Shown: in pieces, positions 9,508 to 17,683 of the stretch
Layout of the letters: the number at the start of each line of letters is the position of its first letter
Position numbering within the stretch: position 1 is the first letter of the stretch
DNA from: Acidobacteriota bacterium
GTDB lineage: Bacteria; Actinomycetota; Acidimicrobiia; Acidimicrobiales; CADCSY01
Length of the DNA: 64,000 bases
Assembly (NCBI GenBank): GCA_019510095.1
Contig: JAEKLB010000020.1
Coordinates: 12,499-76,498, forward strand
Reading direction: 5' to 3'
Notes under the pieces: model-generated
Told to the model about the DNA's origin: nothing
What the model saw: the letters and a program-made list of their open reading frames with translations, nothing else
The model's database searches: none
Translations under genes and position numbers: made by a program

Positions 9508-10504
9508 CTACACCGAACCTCCGACGAGGGGTCGATACGTAAGCCGCCGTCCTGCAGCCTGGTCGATGACCTGACGCATGCGCTCCGTGTCTGAGTGCTT
9601 CTTGGTCGTGTAGCGGAAGTCGAACTCGGCCAGGTAGCGGTCAAGGTGCTTGCGGCTGACGTGATGGTGCGTCCCATCCAACGACCGCTTGAGCTGGCTG
9701 AAGAAGTTCTCTGCCTGGTTGCTGGTGACGTTGCCTCGCACGTACTCGCCTGAGCCGTGGTCCACCCATTCGTGCTGGATGAACTCGCGGCCCATGTGGC
9801 GGTACTGCATGCCTGCGTCCGTATGGAGGATCGAGCCGGCCAGATCGACCTGCTCTGAGATCACCTTGCGCAACGTCGCTCCGGTCACGTTGGCGACCAC
9901 GCGGGACCGAACCTCTCCTGTCCTGCGGTCCACCAGTGACAGGACCGGCTGAAGATGTGCCGTGCCGCCACCCTTGCGACGGTTGGAGCGCCTCCTGTCG
10001 GTCGTCCCTGCTGGTGCTTGTTCTTCGGCTTCCCGCCGATGAATGTTTCGTCAGCGACGACGATCCCACCGTTCCCGCCGAGCAGGTCCAGTGGGCTTGC
10101 CTTCATGGCCTCACGGATGCGGTGGAGCAGGAACCACGCGCTCTTGTTCGTCAGCCCGTAGCGGCGGAATACCTCAAACGCCGCGACCCGTTTTTGTTCG
10201 ACGCCATCTCGAAGATGACCATGATCCAGGTCCGAAGCGGGATCTTCGATCCGTGCATGACCGTGTCATTGAGGACCGAGAACGGCTTGCGGCACTCGGC
10301 GCACTTCCACAGACGCCGGTAGCTGGCCTTGCCGGTCGAAGTGGTCCGATGACCGTTCTTCGGGGTGAGGTAGTAGCTCCGCGCGTCGTTGCCGCAATGC
10401 GGGCAGACGGGCCGGCCGCTCCACCGAAGCTGCTCCATGAACTCCCACGCCGCCGCCTCGTCGGGAATCCGCTCCATGAGGCCGAGGGTCGTCATCCGCT
10501 CCAC
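9508..10504 (-). pseudogene. IS1595-family (ISXO2-like) transposase with two frameshifts
   Basis: Zn ribbon CPHCG..CAECRKPFSV, SKIPLRTW, AWFLLHRIREAM, ADETFIGG, LHTD, VDH..EYV..N..ENFFSQLKR..HHVSRKHLDRYLAEFDFR, spread over three frames (shifts near 10185 and 9990). Confidence 0.9.
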
Positions 10505-10544
10505 CCCCTCATTATGAAGAGCGGGTGTGACAGCTAAAGGCGAG

Positions 10545-10871
10545 TCAGGCGCTAACCGCTACGCGCTCTAGCTGGAAGTCGGCCTCGGGCTCAGGGGTCG
10601 GCTGCGACGACCTGCCACCGTTGGCAGCCATAGGCCGACCAAACGGCTGCATGAGGAATCTCAGGGTCCGCAGCGTGGTCGCATCGAGAAGATCGGTGAG
10701 ACCCGTGAAGTCCACATCGCGACCGGGCGACAGGACTTCGATCCCAACGACTTCACCGTTTGCGTCAACATCAACGATCAGTCCGCCCGGTGTCTCAACC
10801 TGGCGATCGATCGGAGCGGTGCGGACGTACGCGTAGAAGGCGTCGGCCTGGGTGTCGTACGTCCACCTCAT
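10545..10871 (-). CDS. DUF2283-like protein (putative antitoxin partner)
   Basis: MRWTYDTQADAFYAY...IVDVDANGEVVGIEVL signature. Confidence 0.8.
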   Translation of the reverse strand: MRWTYDTQADAFYAYVRTAPIDRQVETPGGLIVDVDANGEVVGIEVLSPGRDVDFTGLTDLLDATTLRTLRFLMQPFGRPMAANGGRSSQPTPEPEADFQLERVAVSA

Positions 10872-11095
10872 GTCTCGTCCTTCCAGAACGCAGAAATGAA
10901 CACGCCTAGGTCGGCAGCTGAGACTACGACCTTTAGGAGTTTGCCGTTCATCGCGTAACCCATTTTTACCATTGTGCCCGGCTTATTACCAGGTCGGAAC
11001 CCTCCGGTGGCCCGCGCGAGCGCCATCCGAACGTCCTCCTCGGTTATCCCACGTTCGGCCATCCGCTGACGGATGTGGTCCGTCCAGCCATCCAC
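10868..11095 (-). CDS. DUF4258-like protein (putative RelE/BrnT-fold toxin)
   Basis: WTDHIRQRMAERGITEEDV..AL; LKVVV; ATGA overlap with the DUF2283 gene. Confidence 0.75.
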   Translation of the reverse strand: MDGWTDHIRQRMAERGITEEDVRMALARATGGFRPGNKPGTMVKMGYAMNGKLLKVVVSAADLGVFISAFWKDET

Positions 11096-11097
11096 TC

Positions 11098-11505
11098 CTA
11101 GACCGGCGGAAGCAGCGTCTGGACATGCAGGGGCAACCTCGCCAGTTCCTCGCCGTCTGTCGCCAGGATCACGGAGTAGACGCCAACGCGGCGGAAGTCG
11201 AGGTTCAGGGGCAGGACTACGTTGCTTCCCGGTGACGGCCCGGAGGGGTCGCTCGTGGGCAGCGGCGGCATAGCCCCGTCAAGACGCGCGATTTGCTCCC
11301 CGTCGGCGTGCTCAACGGAGACCCGAACAGTGTGGGCTACGCCTTCATCGTCAGGCTCCCACGCAACTCGGCCAACGAGAAAGATCGAAGCTCGGATCGG
11401 TAGCTCGGGAGCAGAGAGCCGAGAGACAAAGGCCCCAAGAACCGAAACCAGGCCGTTGTACTCCTTCGCCCCGTCAGCGAGGAACGCAGCTTCGATCCTG
11501 GGCAC
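11098..11505 (-). CDS. DUF6941-like hypothetical protein
   Basis: AFLAD.A...NGLVSVLGA...F...GVYSV...DGEEL..LPL pattern. Confidence 0.6.
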   Translation of the reverse strand: MPRIEAAFLADGAKEYNGLVSVLGAFVSRLSAPELPIRASIFLVGRVAWEPDDEGVAHTVRVSVEHADGEQIARLDGAMPPLPTSDPSGPSPGSNVVLPLNLDFRRVGVYSVILATDGEELARLPLHVQTLLPPV

Positions 11506-11514
11506 CGAGGGAGG

Positions 11515-11715
11515 CTATCGATAACGGGCGTCGTATGGTCCGGCCTGACCGTCAGCCTTCGGAGTCCTGCCCCGCCCCTTCCTCCTTGACGCCAAGCAGG
11601 ACGCGTCTTCGGGGTCCCCGTCGATCCTGAACCTCTCCGCGAGCTGCTCGGGCGTCGGTCCGGTGTCCTTCCGGCGGTGGCGGCGACGCTGCGGACTAAA
11701 CGGTCCGTCTGTCAC
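11515..11715 (-). pseudogene. Small hypothetical ORF, possibly frameshifted after DPEDA
   Basis: GTG start, PTPEQLAERFRIDGDPEDA; an alternative frame continues VLLGVKEEGAGQDSEG*. Confidence 0.3.
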
Positions 11716-11739
11716 TGTCCGACCCTCCGGTACGGTTGT

Positions 11740-11906
11740 GAACGAAGGCCAATCAGCGGACCAGGTGACCCGAGAAAGCTTCGGCCCAGCAGGTCGCTGG
11801 CTTCCTGCGGAAGTTCCGGGGGTGCGACCCCGGAGTCGAACGGGCGGTCCTTCATATGTAGGTAAGGGAGACCGGGCATTCGCTCGGTCTCCCTTGCTGG
11901 TTTTGT
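11740..11906 (+). ncRNA. Candidate structured non-coding RNA
   Basis: TACGGT -10-like at 11731, several hairpins, 14-bp terminal stem 11864-11895 followed by TTTTGTT. Confidence 0.35.
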
Positions 11907-12174
11907 TCCGTGCAGCCGCCGGCCGCACGATTGAGCTGTACTACTTAGTTCTGTCAGCAGCAGTTCGACATGGTGACTGTAGCGAGTTTGGCGACGTTTG
12001 CTGGAACATCTGTTTACGCGGCCACCCCCCGCGACCAGCCAAAACGCTCAATCGCATAATTGAGCGTCTCGCGAAAGCCCTGGTCGAAGTTCACTAAACC
12101 CCCCTTGCCTCGGTTCCCTCCTATGGGTACGCCAAGGAACCTATCGTCACTTTCGGACCTTTCTGGTTGTTTGC

Positions 12175-12203
12175 TTGCATATCGGGTCGAACATATGTAC
12201 GAT
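12175..12203 (+). promoter_or_regulatory. SigA-type leaderless promoter overlapped by a LexA (SOS) box
   Basis: TTGCAT-17nt-TACGAT, ATG 6 nt later; TCGAAC-ATAT-GTACGA at 12187-12202 has one mismatch to the actinobacterial TCGAAC-N4-GTTCGA. Confidence 0.75.
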
Positions 12204-12209
12204 TCGTGC

Positions 12210-13237
12210 ATGTTGTCCGTTCTGGCCGAGGCGCTCGATGAGGTCGAGATTCCGGCGACGGCGCCCGGGCTGCGCGAGGCGTTCGCCATCCGGGATCGGT
12301 TCAACGCCAAGCTCGCTGCGGCCGTCGCCGAGTTCGATCGCGCTGGTGGGTGGGAGGCGGACGGTGCGGCGTCGGCGACCGGTTGGCTGCGGCATCACGC
12401 CTCGGTGTCCGGCAGGGAGGCACAATCGCTGACGCGGCGATCGCGTCGACTGACCCAGCTCCCGGTCCTTGCTCAAGCGTGGTCGTCGGGACAGGTGTCG
12501 GGCGGGCAGGTCGATGCCGTCGTCGCCCAGCTCAACGACCGCAACATCGACCTGTTCGCCTCCCAGGAGGCGGAACTGGTGCCCACCTTCATCGGGCTGT
12601 CGGTGGCCCAGACGGGCATCGCCATGCAGGCCTGGCGCCAGTACGCCGATGCCCTCGACCACAGCGACGAGCCCGAACAACCGCCGTCGCGCTTCGATGC
12701 CGCCCCCATCCTCGACGGCCGCACCGAGGTGTCGGGCTCCCTCGACACCCTCGACGGCGAGACGCTGCTGACCGCCCTCCGCGTGGCCCAGCGACCCGAT
12801 CTCGAAGGCGAGCCCGAACGCACGCCTGCCCAACGCCGAGCTGACGCGCTAGTCGACATCTGCCGCTTCTTCCTCGACCACCAGCACACGGTCCTCACCG
12901 ACCGCCGTCGACCGCACCTGAACATCACCATCGACATCACCGGGCTCGACAATGGCGAGGGAGCGTGCTGCCTCGATGGCGCACTGATCGCCCGATCCGA
13001 CCTCAAGCAGCTCCTGTGCGAGGCCAACCTCCACCGCGTGTTGGTCGACGGTCCGTCGGCCATCCTCGACTACGGCACCTCCCGCCGCCTGGTCTCGGTG
13101 GCGCAGTACAACGCCCTCGGCGTGCGCGACCGCGGCTGCCGCTTCCCGGGCTGCGACCGTCCTGCGCACTGGTGCGACGCCCACCACGTCGTGCCCTGGT
13201 GGCCCGACAAGGGTCCGACCCGGCTCGACAACCTCGT
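12210..13237 (+). pseudogene. DUF222/HNH endonuclease (13E12-repeat family), 5' part, interrupted by an integrated element
   Basis: RTPAQRRADALVDIC, RDRGCRFPGCDRP..WCDAHHVVPW...TRLDNLV, then abrupt loss of the family pattern. Confidence 0.9.
13230..13237 (+). repeat. attL core AACCTCGT
   Basis: Identical to 19046-19053; encodes N-L-V of the HNH motif. Confidence 0.85.
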
Positions 13238-13320
13238 CCATCCCGAATGTGTCCCCTCCCCGGGGTGAAACGCAGAACTACTCTCCCGGGACCTATTTGG
13301 AGGGAAGCGAGGGCGTGGCC

Positions 13321-15168
13321 ATGAGCGATGGGACAGCCGTGCCAATCCCTCCCGAGTTGCCTGGGCTGACGGCGTTTGAGAGTCGGGATGACCTTGCGGT
13401 TTACGGGAGCAACGCGTTGCTCCTCTTCGTCGCGCAGCTCAGGCTTGGGTTCGACGACGTGGACTCGTTCGCCGCGAACAGCCTGACCGATGGAAGCAAT
13501 GACAAGAAATGCGATCTCGTCGCGGTCACCGGTGACGGTCAGCGGATCGTGCTGGCACAGGGCTACATGGGCACGAAGGACGTTGCTGCAGCGCCCGCAA
13601 ACAAGGCCAGCGACCTCAACACCGGAGCAAGTTGGCTGCTAGCGGGCCCGCTTGAGTCCCTCCCCGAGACGCTTCGCGGAGCCGCCCAGGAAGTCCGAGA
13701 GGCGCTCGGTAGCGGAGAGGTTCGAGAACTGCAGCTCTGGTACGTGCACAACCTCCCTGAGTCAGTGAACGTCCAGTCGGAGTTGTTGCAAGCCGCAGCG
13801 ACGGCCGACAGCATCATCCGCCGAGACTTCCCGGACGCTGACGTGGATGTCTCGTTCGTTGAGATCGGACGTAGCACGCTTGAAGAGGAGTACGGGCGTA
13901 CTCAGGTGCCGATTCTCGTCGCCGAGAGCTTTGACTTCGAGGTTCCCGGAGGATTCGAACTGAAGGCCGGCGAGTGGAGCGCATTTTCAACGGCGGTCGC
14001 GGCCGGTGCGCTGCGTGACCTTTGGAAGGACCACAAGACGAAGCTCATGTCGCCGAATATCCGTGACTACTTGGGGGTCGTGCGGTCGAGCAGCAACATC
14101 AACTTCGGGATCAAGGAGACAGCGAAGGGGCAGCCTGAGAACTTCGCGATCTTCAATAACGGCATCACCGTCCTCGTGCACGACTACCGGCGAAGGTGGG
14201 AAGAGGGCGAGGGGGGCGAGCAGCGGGAGATTCTGACGGTCGAAGGGATTGGAATCGTCAATGGCGGCCAGACGACAGGCGCCCTCGGCAGCTTGGAGGA
14301 CAGCGAGGCTGTCGGGGCTGCCTCGGCCATGGTCATGGCCCGCTTTGTCAAGTGCTCGAACACCGCAGTTCTTGGAGACATCGTCCGTTACAACAACACC
14401 CAGAACAAGGTCGAGGCGACCGACTTCAGGAGCAAGGATCCCATCCAGGATCGACTGAGGACCGAGTTCGAGGTAGTACCCGACGCGGATTACCGCGGTG
14501 GCAGGAGAGGAGGAGCGAGCGACGCGATCCTTCGAATCAAGACACTCCTGCCGGATTCATCAGTCGCTCAGTCGCTCGCAGCATTCCATGGTGATCCGAA
14601 CCTCGCCTATAACGAGACGCGCAGCATCTGGGACAGCGATGCCGTGTACGCGAGGATTTTCCGGGAGAACGTCACGGCTCGGCACATCGTCTTCACGTAC
14701 AGCTTGCTAAAGGCGATTGAGAATGCGAAGCAAGTGAACTCAAAGATCGGTGTTGCGGACCGCACCGACGCCCAACGTCGTCATGCGCTGTTCTTCAGCG
14801 CACGAGGCTCGAACTACCTCCTCGTAGCGGCCCTCGGCGACTGCATCGAGACCGTTCTTGGCCGTGCCGCCGCCGATCGTTACGCACTGCAGTTCACAAA
14901 GAACATCTCACCGGCTGAGGCGCGGGAACTGTGGCAGCCAGTGGTGGACGTAGCACTCTCGTTCTCGGCGCAGCTCCAGCCAGCGACGGACCTTGGCTTG
15001 AAGGCACAGGATCGCGTGCGGAAGGCGCTCCAAGACTTCAGTTCAATGATGGAGGCCGTTCGGTCCGCGAACCCTGGTCCGTTCGATGCGTTGGCTGCTG
15101 CGACTGAGGCTCACCCGGCGTCAACACCAGCACCTAGTCCGCCATCGGGCGGGGTGCTCTTTACTTGA
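13321..15168 (+). CDS. AIPR (abortive infection phage resistance) family protein
   Basis: DGSNDKKCD N-terminal motif, NIRDYLG, ENFAIFNNGIT, IVNGGQTT, NNTQNKV...DFRS.D..Q; lower GC3 than host. Confidence 0.85.
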   Translation: MSDGTAVPIPPELPGLTAFESRDDLAVYGSNALLLFVAQLRLGFDDVDSFAANSLTDGSNDKKCDLVAVTGDGQRIVLAQGYMGTKDVAAAPANKASDLNTGASWLLAGPLESLPETLRGAAQEVREALGSGEVRELQLWYVHNLPESVNVQSELLQAAATADSIIRRDFPDADVDVSFVEIGRSTLEEEYGRTQVPILVAESFDFEVPGGFELKAGEWSAFSTAVAAGALRDLWKDHKTKLMSPNIRDYLGVVRSSSNINFGIKETAKGQPENFAIFNNGITVLVHDYRRRWEEGEGGEQREILTVEGIGIVNGGQTTGALGSLEDSEAVGAASAMVMARFVKCSNTAVLGDIVRYNNTQNKVEATDFRSKDPIQDRLRTEFEVVPDADYRGGRRGGASDAILRIKTLLPDSSVAQSLAAFHGDPNLAYNETRSIWDSDAVYARIFRENVTARHIVFTYSLLKAIENAKQVNSKIGVADRTDAQRRHALFFSARGSNYLLVAALGDCIETVLGRAAADRYALQFTKNISPAEARELWQPVVDVALSFSAQLQPATDLGLKAQDRVRKALQDFSSMMEAVRSANPGPFDALAAATEAHPASTPAPSPPSGGVLFT

Positions 15169-15222
15169 AGTAGCAACGAAACTCGGAAGCGGGCCCTTGC
15201 GCTTCGAACCCGGTGAATCGGG

Positions 15223-15345
15223 TTAGTTCTTGTGCAGGTCGGGTCTCTGCACAGGAAGCTGGGAGCAGCAGCAGTCGGGGTGCTTGGCGCATGGGGTGAC
15301 GATGACGCCGTGATCGACCTCGCATCCGCAGTCGGCGCAGAGCAT
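15223..15345 (-). CDS. Cys-rich microprotein (40 aa, 7 Cys)
   Basis: MLCADCGCEVDHGVIVTPCAKHPDCCCSQL...; TGATG overlap with the upstream gene. Confidence 0.55.
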   Translation of the reverse strand: MLCADCGCEVDHGVIVTPCAKHPDCCCSQLPVQRPDLHKN

Positions 15346-15572
15346 CAGGCCCACGTCGCGTTCGGGTCGAGTCGGCGCTTCTCGTCGGCGGTCATCTGGT
15401 CGTGTCCGAATGGGGCGACCCACCGGAACGTGGACAGCCCGGGCTTGCGGCACCAGCAGGAGTCCCGACAGCCGCACCGGACGGCGCCCATGCGCTCGAC
15501 GTACTTCCCGATGATGGCGAACACCAGGTAACCGGCCGCGGCTCGTCCGAGGAGGCGCTTCAGGGCTAGCAC
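15345..15572 (-). CDS. Small Cys-motif protein with hydrophobic N-terminus
   Basis: GTG start overlapping the upstream stop; CGCRDSCWCRKPGLSTFRWVAP. Confidence 0.55.
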   Translation of the reverse strand: MLALKRLLGRAAAGYLVFAIIGKYVERMGAVRCGCRDSCWCRKPGLSTFRWVAPFGHDQMTADEKRRLDPNATWA

Positions 15573-15817
15573 CGGCTGAACCCGGCCCGGAAGCTGACCC
15601 GCCGCCAGAACGGCCAACCGGACGGGGCGGCTCGGGTCTGACGTTCGATCTGGCGCCTGCGCTTGGCGAGCACCTTCACGCACCGGAAGCAGACGCCTAC
15701 CTCGGGATGGTCCCCAAGGTGGAGCAGGCTTCCTCGGACGGTTCGGTCGCCACAGCACCAGCACCCGGAAGCGGCCGGCGGCTCCTGGTAGTCGCCTCCA
15801 AGGGCGGTCATCGCCAT
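15566..15817 (-). CDS. Small putative zinc-binding protein
   Basis: CWCCG...HPEVGVCFRC; basic C-terminus. Confidence 0.6.
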   Translation of the reverse strand: MAMTALGGDYQEPPAASGCWCCGDRTVRGSLLHLGDHPEVGVCFRCVKVLAKRRRQIERQTRAAPSGWPFWRRVSFRAGFSRC

Positions 15818-16262
15818 GTTGCGAGTCTCGCGCCACTGGCGAGACGGGGTCCGGCGGTGAGGCCGTACACCGAGGCGCTCGACTAGGGCGCGGAGCGACC
15901 GCCCGCCGTTGCGGGCTCGGCAGAATCCCCGACGACTTGCCCGTCGAGCTCAGTGAGGAGCTCCCGAGACTGCTGGAGCAACTTCGCCGTACGGTCCGCG
16001 ATCTGGTTATTCAGGTCGTCGCGCTCGGGCCCGCTCATCGCGGGCCGTCGTACCCAAATCGCCTGAACCCGTATCAGTAGGGCGGACCAGGACCGTCAAG
16101 GCCATGGCCGACCCCGAGCGGAGCGAGTGGGTTGACGGGCCGAAGCCTTGGTCGTCGTCACGATTGAGATGGCCTCGCCGCCAGGCGAGGCCTGCCAAGC
16201 CTCGGCCATCTGGAACTACACGCCTGTTGTTCTACTTGCAGGAACGCGAGTATCGTTCGGGC

Positions 16263-16637
16263 GTGGCGATCGACTTCCGTAGCGACCCGAGCCCGAGCCC
16301 CGAGGGCCGCGGCCGCGCTCGCCGTGCCTGGGACGCCTACGCCAAGGCCGTGAACTCGGTGACGCTGCCGGTCTTGGAGCCGGCGATCCGCCGTCTGGCG
16401 ACATCGATGTCAGTCGACATGGTCGGCTTCTGGGTGGCGTGGCATCTGCACGGCGGCTTCGAGGGCCTGGTCGAGTTGGGGATGCACCCGTCCACGGTCT
16501 GGCGCAAGGTCAAGCGCTTCCGGGTCGTGACCGGCCAGCACCCTGACGACTTCGAGTTGCCCGGCGTGAAGCTCGACCGGGAGGCGTATTGGAACTGGGC
16601 ACGGGAGTCGAACGGCACCTGGGTCAAGGTCCGCTGA
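16263..16637 (+). CDS. Hypothetical protein with putative HTH
   Basis: GTG 6 nt after TATCGT; LVELGMHPSTVWRKVKRFR resembles a recognition helix. Confidence 0.6.
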   Translation: MAIDFRSDPSPSPEGRGRARRAWDAYAKAVNSVTLPVLEPAIRRLATSMSVDMVGFWVAWHLHGGFEGLVELGMHPSTVWRKVKRFRVVTGQHPDDFELPGVKLDREAYWNWARESNGTWVKVR

Positions 16638-16643
16638 CGTGTC

Positions 16644-17447
16644 ATGGCCGTCACCGCCTCCGCCGACCCCGACACCCCTACTCGCATTTCAGCGAGTGAG
16701 CGCCCATCGCGGTCGGAGGGTGCCGTCGTCGGGTGGGTTCTCTCGGTTTGCGTCCTCGCCCTGGAAGCCGGCGGCTCCTTCCGGTACGCGGTGCGGAAGC
16801 CGCCGATCCGCGGGGGCCCCACAGCCGATCCCGAGCGGGCCGCAATGGAGGCAGCGCGCCGAGCCCGAGGAAAGGTCCGTCGCTACTGCGCCGCCAACCG
16901 ACTGAACCGCCTCGGCACGCTGACCTACCGGGGCGAGGGATGCCACGACCCGCGGGTCCTTCGTGCAGACGTCGCCGCCTTCTTTCGCTCACTGCGGGCG
17001 CTGCTTGATAGTGGCCCGTTCCCGTACCTCTGGACAGCGGAATGGCACAAGACAGGCCACGGTCTCCACGTCCACTTCGCGGTCGGGCGCTACATCCAAC
17101 GCTCCCTGATCGAACAGGCATGGGACCGAGGCTTCGTCCACATCAAGCTCCTAGGCGACCTGCCCGTCGGCTCCGGTCCCGTCGAAGAAGCGCGACGCGC
17201 TGCGGGCTATCTGTCGAAGTACGTCGGCAAAGCCTTCGACAACGACCGCGTTCCCGGCCTTCATCGCTACGAGGTCGCCCAACGATTCCAACCCGAGATC
17301 GTCCAAGTCTGGGGGCGCACCCGAGAAGCCGTCATCGACCAGGCGAACGAACTCGTCGGCAACCGCACACCCGAACAGGTCTGGACCTCCGACCAAGTCA
17401 CCGACTGGCAAGGACCACCCGCCGTCTGGGTCCGGTGGCCAGGATGA
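16644..17447 (+). CDS. HUH-superfamily rolling-circle replication initiator (Rep)
   Basis: Motif I-like GTLTY, motif II GLHVHF, motif III YLSKY in canonical order. Confidence 0.8.
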   Translation: MAVTASADPDTPTRISASERPSRSEGAVVGWVLSVCVLALEAGGSFRYAVRKPPIRGGPTADPERAAMEAARRARGKVRRYCAANRLNRLGTLTYRGEGCHDPRVLRADVAAFFRSLRALLDSGPFPYLWTAEWHKTGHGLHVHFAVGRYIQRSLIEQAWDRGFVHIKLLGDLPVGSGPVEEARRAAGYLSKYVGKAFDNDRVPGLHRYEVAQRFQPEIVQVWGRTREAVIDQANELVGNRTPEQVWTSDQVTDWQGPPAVWVRWPG

Positions 17448-17683
17448 CCGCCGACGAACTTGCCGTCTGGGTTACCGCCTCCTGCGAACGTCAAGGCATC
17501 CCCGTCAAGATCACCGACCGCCGCGTGATCACCGAAGTCGCCGCGCTGCTGACCGATGGCACCGTGCGGGCCCCGACCCGTGGCGAAGCCGGGTCGGGCC
17601 GCACACCTCGAACAACTACACCCGCCACACCAGCTCAACCCGAGCAGGATCAAACTCGCGTGCTCCCGAAGCGCCGGCGCTGA
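17444..17683 (+). CDS. Small hypothetical protein coupled to rep
   Basis: ATGA overlap with the rep stop; MTADELAVWVTASCERQGIPVKITD. Confidence 0.6.
   Translation: MTADELAVWVTASCERQGIPVKITDRRVITEVAALLTDGTVRAPTRGEAGSGRTPRTTTPATPAQPEQDQTRVLPKRRR

Noticed and set aside
9950..10190. Programmed frameshifting in the transposase
   Set aside because: Two separate shifts with no clear slippery heptamer; decay or sequencing error is more likely
9258..11952. Terminal inverted repeats and target duplication for the IS1595 element
   Set aside because: Candidates (GCTGTCACAC pair; AGAACTA at 9504 versus TAGTTCT near 11950) are short with no matching flanking duplication, so ends were not called
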